Below are positions 45,903 to 55,313 of a DNA stretch of 64,000 nt, piece after piece. The notes under the pieces were generated by a model. The model saw only the letters and a program-made list of their open reading frames with translations. It was not told where the DNA came from and ran no database searches. The translations under genes and the position numbers were made by a program. The DNA is taken from assembly GCA_016872555.1 (NCBI GenBank), contig VGZO01000008.1:25323-89322 (forward strand), read 5' to 3'. Numbering within the stretch: position 1 is the first letter of the stretch; each line of letters opens with the position of its first letter. The DNA comes from Planctomycetota bacterium. Its GTDB lineage: Bacteria > Planctomycetota > Planctomycetia > Pirellulales > UBA1268.

Positions 45903-48900
45903 ATGCCGCTGTCGCGTTTCATCGCCCTGCGCCTCGTCCTGGCGGCGGCTGTCGCCGTCTCCGGGACCGCCGGCTGCACGCGCGGCCGCTACTACCTCCA
46001 GGCCGACCGGGAGGTGAGCACGCTGCTGGCGGAGAAGTCGTGCGACCCGCGCTGGAATCTCCCCTTCAACTACACCGTGCGGATGGATCCGCGCAGCCGG
46101 TTCTACGACGAGTACAGCCAGATCTTCCCGCCGATGCCGTCCGACGATCCGACGTCGCACCGCTACATGCACTGCGTCGACGGCAAGCCGGGCTGGCCGC
46201 GCTGGCACGCCAACGGCGACCGCACCGACCTCGAAAACGGCAGCTGGCGCGAGTGGGTCGGTGAGTTCGCCGAGATCACCGCCGCCGGCGCGATCCGGCT
46301 CGACCTGCCGACGGCGGTCCGCCTGGCGTACCTCAACTCGCTCGACTGGCAGGACCAGCTCGAGACGCTGTATCTCTCGGCGCTCGACGTCAGCACCGAG
46401 CGCTTCCGGTTCGACGTCCAGCTGTTCGGCGGCAACACCACCGCCTACGCCAACCGCGGCCCGCTCAACGCTGCCGGGGCGTCGACGATGTGGACGACCG
46501 ATTCGTTTCTCCAGGCGCGGAAATACTTCGCCACCGCCGGCACGCTCTCCGTCGGCCTCCTCAATTCGGTGATGTGGCAGTTCGCCGGCCCCGACAAATA
46601 CAACAATGTCTCGCTGGTGAATTTCAACTTCGTCCAGCCGCTCCTCCAGCGCGCCGGCCGGTCGATCGCCCTGGAGCCGCTGACGATCGTCGAGCGGGCG
46701 CTGCTGGCCAACCTGCGGACGCTGCAGTTCTACCGCCAGGGGTTCTTCCTCCAGGTGGCGTTCGGCGGGGGCGCCCCGCAGCAGCTCCAGCGCCGCGGCG
46801 GCTTCTTCGGCGGCACCGGATTCACCGGCTTCACGGGCACCGGCATCGGTGGCTTCGGCAACCTCGGCGGCGTGTTTTTCGGCGGCCAGGGCGTCGGCCT
46901 CCAGGTCGGTGGCGGCGGCACCGGCGGCGCGGGGTTTGCCGGCGGCGGTGCCGGCAACGTCGGCGGCTTCTTCGGACTCCTCCAGCTGCGCCAGCAGGTC
47001 CGCAACGCCGAGCAGAACCTCGCCGCCCAGGAGCGCGCCTTGGCGCTGCTCGATGCCAATCTCGAAGGCGGCCTGGTGGGCCTCGACCAGGTCGATCAGC
47101 TCCGCCAGAGCGTCGAGACCAACCGGGCGGGGCTGCTCCAGGCGAAGACCACGCTCACCAACCAGCTCGAGAGCTTCAAGGTCAACATCCTCTGCATCCC
47201 CTCCGACACGCCGATCGCCCTCGACGAGACGTTCATCGAGCCGTTCCAGTTCATCAGCCCGCAACTCCAGGAGCTGCAGAACGACATCGGGACGTTCCTC
47301 GCCACCAACACCGTGGGGGCGGAGGAGACGCTCAAGGAGACCGAGGATCCGCGCGCCGACGACGGCGATGATGAAGCCGCCGCCGGCACCGCGGCGACCG
47401 AGGAGTTGCCGGCCCCCGACGCCGCGCCGGCCCCGGCCGGCACCGCTCCCACGGAACCGGCCCCTGCCACGGCGCCGACTGCTGCCGAGGCCGGCACCGA
47501 CACGACTGCCGACGCCGCCACGAAGGCCGACCCGGCGACCGAGAAGGCCGAGGCGAAGGCCGATCGCAAGCTGATCACCGAGAGCCTCGCCCGCCTCGGC
47601 GAGCTCCGCGACCGTGTCGAGCGCCAGGCGGCGGAGGTCAAGGACGACCTCTCCCGGGCGACGGCGAACACCGCCGGCCGCCTCGCCGGGATGCGCCCCA
47701 CCGAGCGCGACACCTTCGCCCGCGAGATGAAGCTCCTCGGCGACGATCTCGCCAAGCTTCTCCGCCGGATCGACGAGCACGAGGTGGAGATGGAGCGCTT
47801 CGGCGGCGTTGTCTCCGACGCCGACCTGCGCAAGACGGCCGACCGGTTCGTGAAGCTCGTCACCGACATCGCCGCCTCGGTCGACGAGATGTCGCTGATC
47901 CAGGCCCGGGCCCGGGTCGAGGCGATCACGATCGACTTCGAGCCGCTCGACCCCGACGTCGCCTTCGAGATCGCCCGCGCCAACCGCCTCGACTGGATGA
48001 ACAACCGCGCGGCACTGGTCGACCAGTGGCGCCTCATCCAGTTCAACGCCATGGCGCTGCTCTCCGGGCTCGAGGTCGTCGTCGACGGCGGCATCAACAC
48101 CACCGGCAACAACCCCGCCAAGTTCCGCGCCCCGACCGGGAGCCTCGCCGCCGGGTTGCAGTTCGACGCGCCGTTCACGCGGCTCGTCGAGCGCAACAAT
48201 TTTCGCCAGGCGATCCTCGACTACCAGCAGGTCCGCCGCCAGCAGATCCAGTACGAGGACCGGATCAAGCTCGCGATCCGCCAGTCGCTCCGCCAGCTCG
48301 CGCTCGACAAGGCGAACCTCGAGACCCAGCGCCGGGCCGTGATCATCGCCATCCGCCGCGTCGACCAGACGCGGCTCACCCTCTCGCAGCCGGCGCCGCC
48401 GCCGCCGATGCCCGGCCCCGACGGGATCACGCCCCAGGTCGATCCGACCGCCGGCCAGCTCGGCCCCACCGCCACGCTCAACCTGATCTTCGCGTTCAAC
48501 GACCTGCGCAGTTCGCAGGACGCGCTGACGAGCATCTGGATCAATTACTACGCCACCAAGGCGGCGCTGTCGCAGCAGCTCGGCGTGATGGAGCTCACCG
48601 ACGACGGGATCTGGATCGAGAAGCCGCTCGACTGTGCCGAGCGCGCCCGCGAGGAGGAGATGCCGCTGCCGCCGGCAGTGCCGCAGGAATGGCTCGACCA
48701 TTTGGAGGAGGTGAAGGCACCCCCCCCGCGCCGCGCCGATGCAGCCGCCCCCGCCGATGCGAAGGCCGCCCCCCTGCCGGCTGCCGATGCCCCGGCTGCC
48801 GCCCCCACCTCCCAAAGCGGCTCCCAAGACGGCGCGACGCCGCCGGCAGCCGCGCCCGAGAGCCGATCGTCAGGGCTGCCGCTGCGCCTGCCCCGCCTGC

Positions 48901-48920
48901 CGCGCTTCCCCGGCGGCTGA
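45903..48920 (+). CDS. TolC-family outer membrane efflux lipoprotein, oversized (1005 aa) with Gly/Phe-rich and acidic Ala/Pro-rich insertions
   Basis: Start at ATG 45903, with lipobox VSGTAGC. There are two TolC-like halves: LDLPTAVRLAYLNSLDWQDQLE... and ...VAFEIARANRLDWMNNRAALVDQWR. Confidence 0.75.
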   Translation: MPLSRFIALRLVLAAAVAVSGTAGCTRGRYYLQADREVSTLLAEKSCDPRWNLPFNYTVRMDPRSRFYDEYSQIFPPMPSDDPTSHRYMHCVDGKPGWPRWHANGDRTDLENGSWREWVGEFAEITAAGAIRLDLPTAVRLAYLNSLDWQDQLETLYLSALDVSTERFRFDVQLFGGNTTAYANRGPLNAAGASTMWTTDSFLQARKYFATAGTLSVGLLNSVMWQFAGPDKYNNVSLVNFNFVQPLLQRAGRSIALEPLTIVERALLANLRTLQFYRQGFFLQVAFGGGAPQQLQRRGGFFGGTGFTGFTGTGIGGFGNLGGVFFGGQGVGLQVGGGGTGGAGFAGGGAGNVGGFFGLLQLRQQVRNAEQNLAAQERALALLDANLEGGLVGLDQVDQLRQSVETNRAGLLQAKTTLTNQLESFKVNILCIPSDTPIALDETFIEPFQFISPQLQELQNDIGTFLATNTVGAEETLKETEDPRADDGDDEAAAGTAATEELPAPDAAPAPAGTAPTEPAPATAPTAAEAGTDTTADAATKADPATEKAEAKADRKLITESLARLGELRDRVERQAAEVKDDLSRATANTAGRLAGMRPTERDTFAREMKLLGDDLAKLLRRIDEHEVEMERFGGVVSDADLRKTADRFVKLVTDIAASVDEMSLIQARARVEAITIDFEPLDPDVAFEIARANRLDWMNNRAALVDQWRLIQFNAMALLSGLEVVVDGGINTTGNNPAKFRAPTGSLAAGLQFDAPFTRLVERNNFRQAILDYQQVRRQQIQYEDRIKLAIRQSLRQLALDKANLETQRRAVIIAIRRVDQTRLTLSQPAPPPPMPGPDGITPQVDPTAGQLGPTATLNLIFAFNDLRSSQDALTSIWINYYATKAALSQQLGVMELTDDGIWIEKPLDCAERAREEEMPLPPAVPQEWLDHLEEVKAPPPRRADAAAPADAKAAPLPAADAPAAAPTSQSGSQDGATPPAAAPESRSSGLPLRLPRLPRFPGG

Positions 48921-48999
48921 GGCCACCGGCCGCGCCGTGCCGTACAATCGAGACCGGCCGTCGGTCGGCGGCCGATTCCGCCGTGGAGCCCGCGCTGTC

Positions 49000-50709
49000 A
49001 TGTCCACCATCATCGAACCACGGTCCACGCCCCGCCCGGGTGGGGCGGTCGCCCCGGCCGACGACGTGTCGGCGATCGCCGGGATCCTCGGCGACCACGC
49101 CCCCGCCGCCGAGCCTGCACCACGCCGGTGGGGGTGGTTTCCCTGGCGGCTGCTGTTCGCCACCGGCGTGATCGGCGGGCTGGCGGCCGTCGCGCCGTGG
49201 GCGATGGCCCGGCTCGGCACCGGCGAGGGGTCGGCGGTCGACGAGCTGCTCACTCACACCGTCGAGCGGGGGCCGATGCGGGTCTCGGTCACAGAGGACG
49301 GCAGCCTCGTCAGCGACGAGAACGTCGACATCGTCTGCGGTGTCGCCGGCGGGGCGACGATCATCTGGCTGATCGACGACGGCGCCCAGGTGACCGAGGG
49401 GACGGAGCTGGTCAAGCTCGACAGCTCGACCCTCTCGGAGAGCGTGACGGCGCAGAAGATCGCCTTCGAGAAGGCCCGGGCGGCGGGGATCCAGGCCGAG
49501 AAGGACTATTCGGCCGCCAAGATCGCCGTCGAGGAATACACCGAAGGGACCTACAAAAAAGACCTCCGCAAAGCGAAGTCCGACGTCACGGCCGCCAAGG
49601 AGCGGCTCCAGGCGGCGGAAAACGGCCTCGCCCACGGCGAGAAGATGTTTCGCAAGGGCTACATCGCCCCGCAGCAGCTCGACGCGCAGAAATCGGCGGT
49701 CGACCGGGCCAAGCTCGACCTCGGCACCGCCGAGATCGCGCTCGACGTCCTCGAGCGGTTTGCCAAGCCGAAGATGATCACCGAGCTGGCCAGCCGGCGC
49801 GACGCGATGGAGGCCAAGCGCGACGCCGAGAACGCCGCCCTGGAGCTCGAGAAGGCGAAGCTCGAGCGGCTCACGTCGCAGCTGGCCAAGTGCGTTCTCA
49901 AGGCACCCAAGGACGGGCTGGTGATCTACGCCAACGAACGCACGCGCGACGCCCAGAGCGAGATCAAGAACGGCGCCAAGGTCACCGAGGGGACGACGAT
50001 CATCCGCCTCCCCAACCTGTCGCGGATGCGTGCCGACGTCGAGGTCCACGAGTCGAAGGTCGACCGCATCCAGCCGGGGATGAAGGCGCGGATCCGCGTC
50101 CAGGGGCGCTCGTTCGACGGCACGGTGTCCACCGTCGCCAACCGGCCGCAGTCGAACTGGATGAGCACGGTGAAGAAATACGTCGTCCAGGTGAAGATCG
50201 ACGGCGAGTCGGGCGTGCTCCGCCCGGGCTTGACCGCCGAGGTCGAGATCGTCGTCGCCGACCTCGACGGCGTGCTCGCGGTGCCTGTCGCCGCGGTCTT
50301 CGAGCAGGGGGGGACGTACGTCTGCGGCGTGCGGACCGGGAAGACGGTCGAGCGGCGCGAGGTGACGCTCGGCCAGGGCAACGACAAGCTGGTCGAGATC
50401 ACCGCCGGCCTCGAACCGGGAGACGTCGTCGTCCTCAATCCGCGGACGGCGCTCGGTGATCCGGCCGACGGCGCCTCGGCAGCGAACGGCCGCCCCGACG
50501 GCGCCGGCGGCTGGAAGCGCGACGGCGCTGGCGCCCGGCCCGAGGCTGCCGGGCCTCCGGGTGGCGGGCCTCCGGGTGGCGGACCTCCGGGTGGCGGACC
50601 TCCGGGCGGCGGACCTCCGGGTGGCGGGCGGCCCGAGGGCCCGGCCGGGGGGCAGCGTCGCGGTGGGCCTCCGGGGGGCGCTCCTCAGGGTGGCGCGCCG
50701 GGCGCCTGA
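49000..50709 (+). CDS. efflux periplasmic adaptor (HlyD/MacA-type MFP) with (GPPGG)n C-terminal tail
   Basis: Start at ATG 49000, followed by a TM anchor. Features include a lipoyl-like VTEGTELVKLDSS segment, a long coiled coil, a beta-barrel segment RPGLTAEVEIV and [15 protein letters not shown]. Confidence 0.85.
   Translation: MSTIIEPRSTPRPGGAVAPADDVSAIAGILGDHAPAAEPAPRRWGWFPWRLLFATGVIGGLAAVAPWAMARLGTGEGSAVDELLTHTVERGPMRVSVTEDGSLVSDENVDIVCGVAGGATIIWLIDDGAQVTEGTELVKLDSSTLSESVTAQKIAFEKARAAGIQAEKDYSAAKIAVEEYTEGTYKKDLRKAKSDVTAAKERLQAAENGLAHGEKMFRKGYIAPQQLDAQKSAVDRAKLDLGTAEIALDVLERFAKPKMITELASRRDAMEAKRDAENAALELEKAKLERLTSQLAKCVLKAPKDGLVIYANERTRDAQSEIKNGAKVTEGTTIIRLPNLSRMRADVEVHESKVDRIQPGMKARIRVQGRSFDGTVSTVANRPQSNWMSTVKKYVVQVKIDGESGVLRPGLTAEVEIVVADLDGVLAVPVAAVFEQGGTYVCGVRTGKTVERREVTLGQGNDKLVEITAGLEPGDVVVLNPRTALGDPADGASAANGRPDGAGGWKRDGAGARPEAAGPPGGGPPGGGPPGGGPPGGGPPGGGRPEGPAGGQRRGGPPGGAPQGGAPGA
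50551..50640 (+). repeat. 15-bp in-frame tandem repeat (5 good copies + 1 degenerate) encoding GPPGG units
   Basis: GG(G/A)CCTCCGGG(T/C)GGC is repeated at 50551, 50566, 50581, 50596 and 50611. A degenerate copy lies at 50626-50640. Confidence 0.9.
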
Positions 50710-50740
50710 CGACTCCACCCGCGTCGCCGGGGCAACGGCC

Positions 50741-52066
50741 GTGAACATCCTCCAGCAGCTCCGCCTCGGCTTCCGCAGCCTCATGCTGCACAAGCTGCGC
50801 TCGGCGCTGGCCGTGCTCGGGATCCTCATCGGCGTCACCGCCGTGATCTGGCTGGTGGCGATGGGGGAGGGGGTCAGCTGGCAGGCGCAGCAGCAGATCA
50901 AGGACCTCGGCGCCACGAGCATCATCGTCCGCAGCATCAAGCCCTCGGAGGGCTCGAGCCGCGAGGCGGGCGGCCGGATGGGGATCGCCTACGGCCTGCT
51001 CCGCGAGGACTTCGACCGGATCGTCGCCAACGTCCCCACGCTCCAGCGCGCCGTCCCGATGCGCGAGATCAGCCGTGAGGTCCGCCGCGGCGAGCAATTC
51101 ATCGACGCCCAGTTGATCGGCTGCACGCCCGACTACTTCACGATGAACCGGCTGGGGATGGCCCGCGGCCGGCCGCTCTCCGAGCTCGACATGGAGAGCT
51201 ATGCCAACGTTGCCGTCCTCGCCTACCGCGCCGCCGAGAAGCTGTTTCCGATCGAGGATCCGCTCGGCCGCACGGTCCAGGTCGGGCAGGAGTTCTACCG
51301 CGTCGTCGGTGTCGCCGCCGACCGCAACGCCGCCGCGGCGATCGGCGGCAGCCTCGATGCCCGGCAGTACGACCGCGACGTCTACGTGCCGCTGTCGACG
51401 TTCCGGTCGCGGATCGGCGACCGGGTGTTCACGATGCGCGCCGGGAGCACGCAGCTCGAGACGGTCGAGCTGTCGCAGATCACCGCCGTGGTCGACGAGA
51501 TGCGCGACGTCGATTCCTCCGCCGGCGTCATCAAGAGCCTCCTCGAGCGCTACCACAAGACGGTCGACTACGCGGTCGTGGTTCCCAAGGAGCTGCTCGA
51601 GCAGGCGGAGACGATGCGCGCGATGTTCAACGTGCTCCTCGTGCTGATCGCCGGGATCTCGCTGCTCGTCGGCGGCATCGGGATCATGAACATCATGCTC
51701 GCCACCGTCACCGAACGGACGCGCGAGATCGGCATCCGCCGGGCCCTCGGCGCGACGCGCGGCGAGATCGTGCAGCAGTTCCTCTGGGAGACGGTCGTCC
51801 TCTCCGGCACCGGCGGGCTGCTCGGGGTGGCGTTCGGGTTCCTCTGCGGGCCGACGGTGACGGCGCTGCGGCAGGGGATCCAGACGCTGCTCCCCGAGGT
51901 CTGGTCGGCGCTGCCCCCGAACATCCGCAACCTCGAGCCGCGCCTCGCCCCCTGGTCGGTGATCGCGGCGTTCGCGATCTCGGTCGGCGTCGGGATCATC
52001 TTCGGCATCTACCCGGCGCGGCGGGCCGCGGCGATGGACCCGATCGAGGCGCTGCGCCATGAGTGA
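50741..52066 (+). CDS. ABC transporter permease, MacB/FtsX type
   Basis: GTG start at 50741 (VNILQQLRLGFRSLMLHKLRSALAVLGILIGV). The periplasmic domain is MacB_PCD-like. The C-terminus is GIMNIMLATVTERTREIGIRRALGA...PARRAAAMDPIEALRHE. Confidence 0.85.
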   Translation: MNILQQLRLGFRSLMLHKLRSALAVLGILIGVTAVIWLVAMGEGVSWQAQQQIKDLGATSIIVRSIKPSEGSSREAGGRMGIAYGLLREDFDRIVANVPTLQRAVPMREISREVRRGEQFIDAQLIGCTPDYFTMNRLGMARGRPLSELDMESYANVAVLAYRAAEKLFPIEDPLGRTVQVGQEFYRVVGVAADRNAAAAIGGSLDARQYDRDVYVPLSTFRSRIGDRVFTMRAGSTQLETVELSQITAVVDEMRDVDSSAGVIKSLLERYHKTVDYAVVVPKELLEQAETMRAMFNVLLVLIAGISLLVGGIGIMNIMLATVTERTREIGIRRALGATRGEIVQQFLWETVVLSGTGGLLGVAFGFLCGPTVTALRQGIQTLLPEVWSALPPNIRNLEPRLAPWSVIAAFAISVGVGIIFGIYPARRAAAMDPIEALRHE

Positions 52067-52844
52067 CGACCGACGGCTCCGCGACGACGGCCGCACGGGC
52101 CTGCCGTCCGTCACGCGCGAGCGGCGCGTGGTGGCGCGCGTCGAGAAGGTGACGAAGGTCTACCGCCTCGGCGGCCACGACGTCCGCGCCCTCGACGGCG
52201 TGTCGATCGATTTCCTGGAGGGGGATTTCGTCGCCATCATGGGCTCGTCGGGGTCGGGGAAGAGCACGCTGCTCAACCTCCTCGGCTGCCTCGACCGGCC
52301 GACGACGGGGCGCTACGTGCTCGCCGGCGAGGACGTGGCGAGCATGGACGACGAGACGCTGTCGCGGATCCGTGGCCGCTACCTCGGCTTCATCTTCCAG
52401 TCGTACAACCTCATCCAGCAGTTGTCGGTCGTGGAGAACATCGAGGTCCCGCTGTCCTACCAGCGCCCGCCGCTCCCCGGCGGGCGCGAGCGCTGCCTGA
52501 AGCTCGCGGCGCTGGTCGGTCTCGGCGGGCGCCTCGGCCACCGCCCCACCGAACTGTCGGGCGGCCAGCAGCAGCGCGTGGCGATCGCCCGGGCGCTGGT
52601 CAACAACCCGCAGGTGATCCTCGCCGACGAGCCCACCGGCAATCTCGACAGCGCCACCAGCCACGAGATCATGAATCTCCTCGACGCCCTCAACCATGCC
52701 GGGCGGACGATCGTGATGGTGACCCACGAGGAGGACATCGCGGCCCGCGCGCGGCGCGTGATCCGGCTCCGCGACGGGCGGATCGACACCGTCTCCGAAA
52801 ACCGGCCGCTGGCCCCGGCGGCCGAGGTGCCGGCGTTGCGATGA
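52059..52844 (+). CDS. ABC transporter ATP-binding protein, MacB-type
   Basis: The ATG overlaps the permease stop by 8 bp. Motifs GSSGSGKSTLLN, LSGGQQQRVAIARAL and ILADEPTGNLD are present. Confidence 0.9.
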   Translation: MSDDRRLRDDGRTGLPSVTRERRVVARVEKVTKVYRLGGHDVRALDGVSIDFLEGDFVAIMGSSGSGKSTLLNLLGCLDRPTTGRYVLAGEDVASMDDETLSRIRGRYLGFIFQSYNLIQQLSVVENIEVPLSYQRPPLPGGRERCLKLAALVGLGGRLGHRPTELSGGQQQRVAIARALVNNPQVILADEPTGNLDSATSHEIMNLLDALNHAGRTIVMVTHEEDIAARARRVIRLRDGRIDTVSENRPLAPAAEVPALR

Positions 52845-52912
52845 CATCCACCCCGGGGTAGGGTTTGGGTCGCCGGAAGCCGTGCAGTGCGGCGGAAGCC
52901 GGGAGGGTGGCG

Positions 52913-55294
52913 ATGGGGTGCAGGCCGTCGAGCAGGTTCGCCGTCGGCAACCGCGGGGCCCGCCTCGCCGTGGCGGCCATCGCCCTGGCACTCGGCTCGA
53001 TGGCCGTCGCCGAGGTCCCCGCGCCGCCCGATTGTGCCGCGGCGATCGACGCGATCGTCGAGCGCGAGGCGGTCGGGGCGGTCGCCGCGCCGTGCGCCGC
53101 CGCCGAATTCGTCCGCCGGGTGCACCTCGATCTCGCCGGCACGATCCCGACCGCCGACCGCGTCCGTGCGTTCCTCGCCGATCCCGCCGCCGACAAGCGC
53201 GCCCGACTCGTCGACGAATTGCTCGACGGGCCGGCCTTCTCCCGCCACCTGGCCCTGGTCCTCGACGCCTGGCTCCTGGAGCGCAAAGGGGCGGGCGGCG
53301 AGGCCGCGGCATGGCGCGAATGGCTCGCCACGGCGCTGGCCACCGACCGGCCGCTCGACCAGATCTGTGCCGACGTGATCGCCGCCGACGGCGCCGAGCC
53401 GCTGCCCCACGCCGCGGCCACGTTTCTCCTCGTGCGCGAGGTCGATCCGCTGCGGCTGACGCGCTCGATCGGGCGGGTGTTCCTCGGCCGCGACCTCGAG
53501 TGCTGCCAGTGCCACGACCACCCCGACAACGCCGACCTCCGCCAGGACGATTACCATGCGCTCCGCGCGTTCGTCGACCGCAGCAGCCTGTTCAAGCCGG
53601 CGGCCGACAAGCCGGCGCTGGTCGGTGAGAAGGCCGATGGCGAGGTCGACTACACGTCGGTGTTCACCAAGGAGTCGGTCAAGGGAGTACGCCCCCGGGT
53701 CCCCGCCGGGCCCGCGCTCGTCGACGAGCCGCTCCCCGAGGCGGCCGACGCCTACCTGACGGCGCCGGCCAAGGACGTCCGCGGGGTGGCCCGCCACGGC
53801 CGCCGCGCGGCGCTGGCGCGGCTGCTCGTCGAGTCGGAGGAGTTTTCCCGCGTCCTCGCCAACCGGCTGTGGGCCCATCTCTTCGGCCGCGGCCTCGTCC
53901 ATCCGCTCGACGGCCACGATCCCGACAATCCGCCGGTCCATCCCGACGTCCTCGCCCTCCTCGCCGAGCGCCTCCGCGCCGACGGATTCCACGTCCGGGC
54001 GCTCGTCCGCGGGATCGCGTTGTCGCGGACCTACCAGCGGAGCGTCGTGCCCCCGCCGCTCGACCCGGCCGGGCTCGACGCGCTCGCCAAGCGCCTCGCC
54101 GCCGAGCGCGCGGCGGCCGAGGCGGCGCTTTTACCCCTGGCGACCGCGCAGGCAGCGGCCGCCGCTCACCGCCAGGCGCTGCTCGACGCCGATGCCGCGG
54201 CCGTGGCCGCCGCCGCGCCGCTGCGCGAGCCGCGCGACAAGGCCCGCGCCGCGGCCGACGCCGCCGCCACGGCGCTGAAGGGGGCTGCCGACGACCTGGC
54301 CGCGAAGACCGCCCAGGCGTCCGCCCTCGCCGCCGCGGCGAGCCAGGCCGGCGCCGCGGCCAAGCTGCTGGCCGACGACAAGGTCCTCGCGGGCGCCGCG
54401 GCGATCATCGAGGCGCGGAGCGTCGAGTTCACCCCGGTGGTCGAGGGGGCGAAGGGGGTGCTGGCGGCGCGGACCACCGAAGAGGAAGCGGCCCGCGGGG
54501 GGCTGGCGGCCGCCCGCGCGGCGTTCGACGAGGTGCTGGCCAAGCGCTTCCCCGTCGCGGAGCGCGCCGCCGCCGACCGGGCGGCGCTGGCGGCGGCCGC
54601 CGCCTGGCGCGACGCCCGCGCCGCCCTCGCCCGGATCGACCTGCGCCTCGCCCTGGCCGCCGACATCCTCCGCCACGGTGAGCTGGCCGCGACCGACCCG
54701 GCCGGCGCGGCGGCGCTCGCCGCGAGCATCGACGAGCGCCGCACGGCGCTCGGGCAGGTGGCCCGCGTGCGGGCGCTGTCTCCCGAACAATTGGCGCTGT
54801 CGCTGGCCACGGCAACTGGGGCCGACGAGGCCGCCCGGGCGGCGGCGACTGCCGCACTCGACAAGGAGCCCCCCGCGGTGCTTCGGTCGGCGGCGCCCGA
54901 GATCGCGCCGCGGCTCCGCGCGGTGCTCGTCGAAGTGGGGGCGGTGTCGCAGCAGGCGGGCCTGGTGAACACCGTCGCCGGGCTGTACGGCGATCCGCTC
55001 GCCGGCGAGTTCCAGGCCTCGGTCAATCAGGCGCTGTGGCTGGGCAATGCTCCCGACCTTGCCAATCGGCTGGCGCCGTCGGGTGGGTCGCTCGTCGGCC
55101 GGTTGGTGGCGCTGGCCGACGACGGCGCCGTCACCGACGAGGTGGTGCTGGCGATCCTCTCCCGTCCTGCCGAGCCCGAGGAGCGCGATGATCTGGTCCG
55201 CTTTCTCGCCGACCGGGGGGGCGATCGGCCGGCCGCGATCGCCGAGCTGGTGTGGGCCTTGTTGGCAAGCGCCGAGTTTCGCTTCAATCATTGA
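52913..55294 (+). CDS. DUF1549/DUF1553 domain protein (PSD1-like)
   Basis: ATG 52913 is preceded by GGGAGGG; the ORF-track start at 52865 is a TTG. FVRRVHLDLAGTIPTADRVRAFL is DUF1549-like, CCQCHDHP is present, and the C-terminal ...LASAEFRFNH is DUF1553-like. Confidence 0.8.
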   Translation: MGCRPSSRFAVGNRGARLAVAAIALALGSMAVAEVPAPPDCAAAIDAIVEREAVGAVAAPCAAAEFVRRVHLDLAGTIPTADRVRAFLADPAADKRARLVDELLDGPAFSRHLALVLDAWLLERKGAGGEAAAWREWLATALATDRPLDQICADVIAADGAEPLPHAAATFLLVREVDPLRLTRSIGRVFLGRDLECCQCHDHPDNADLRQDDYHALRAFVDRSSLFKPAADKPALVGEKADGEVDYTSVFTKESVKGVRPRVPAGPALVDEPLPEAADAYLTAPAKDVRGVARHGRRAALARLLVESEEFSRVLANRLWAHLFGRGLVHPLDGHDPDNPPVHPDVLALLAERLRADGFHVRALVRGIALSRTYQRSVVPPPLDPAGLDALAKRLAAERAAAEAALLPLATAQAAAAAHRQALLDADAAAVAAAAPLREPRDKARAAADAAATALKGAADDLAAKTAQASALAAAASQAGAAAKLLADDKVLAGAAAIIEARSVEFTPVVEGAKGVLAARTTEEEAARGGLAAARAAFDEVLAKRFPVAERAAADRAALAAAAAWRDARAALARIDLRLALAADILRHGELAATDPAGAAALAASIDERRTALGQVARVRALSPEQLALSLATATGADEAARAAATAALDKEPPAVLRSAAPEIAPRLRAVLVEVGAVSQQAGLVNTVAGLYGDPLAGEFQASVNQALWLGNAPDLANRLAPSGGSLVGRLVALADDGAVTDEVVLAILSRPAEPEERDDLVRFLADRGGDRPAAIAELVWALLASAEFRFNH

Positions 55295-55313
55295 CCTCCG
55301 CGGAGACGTCGCC

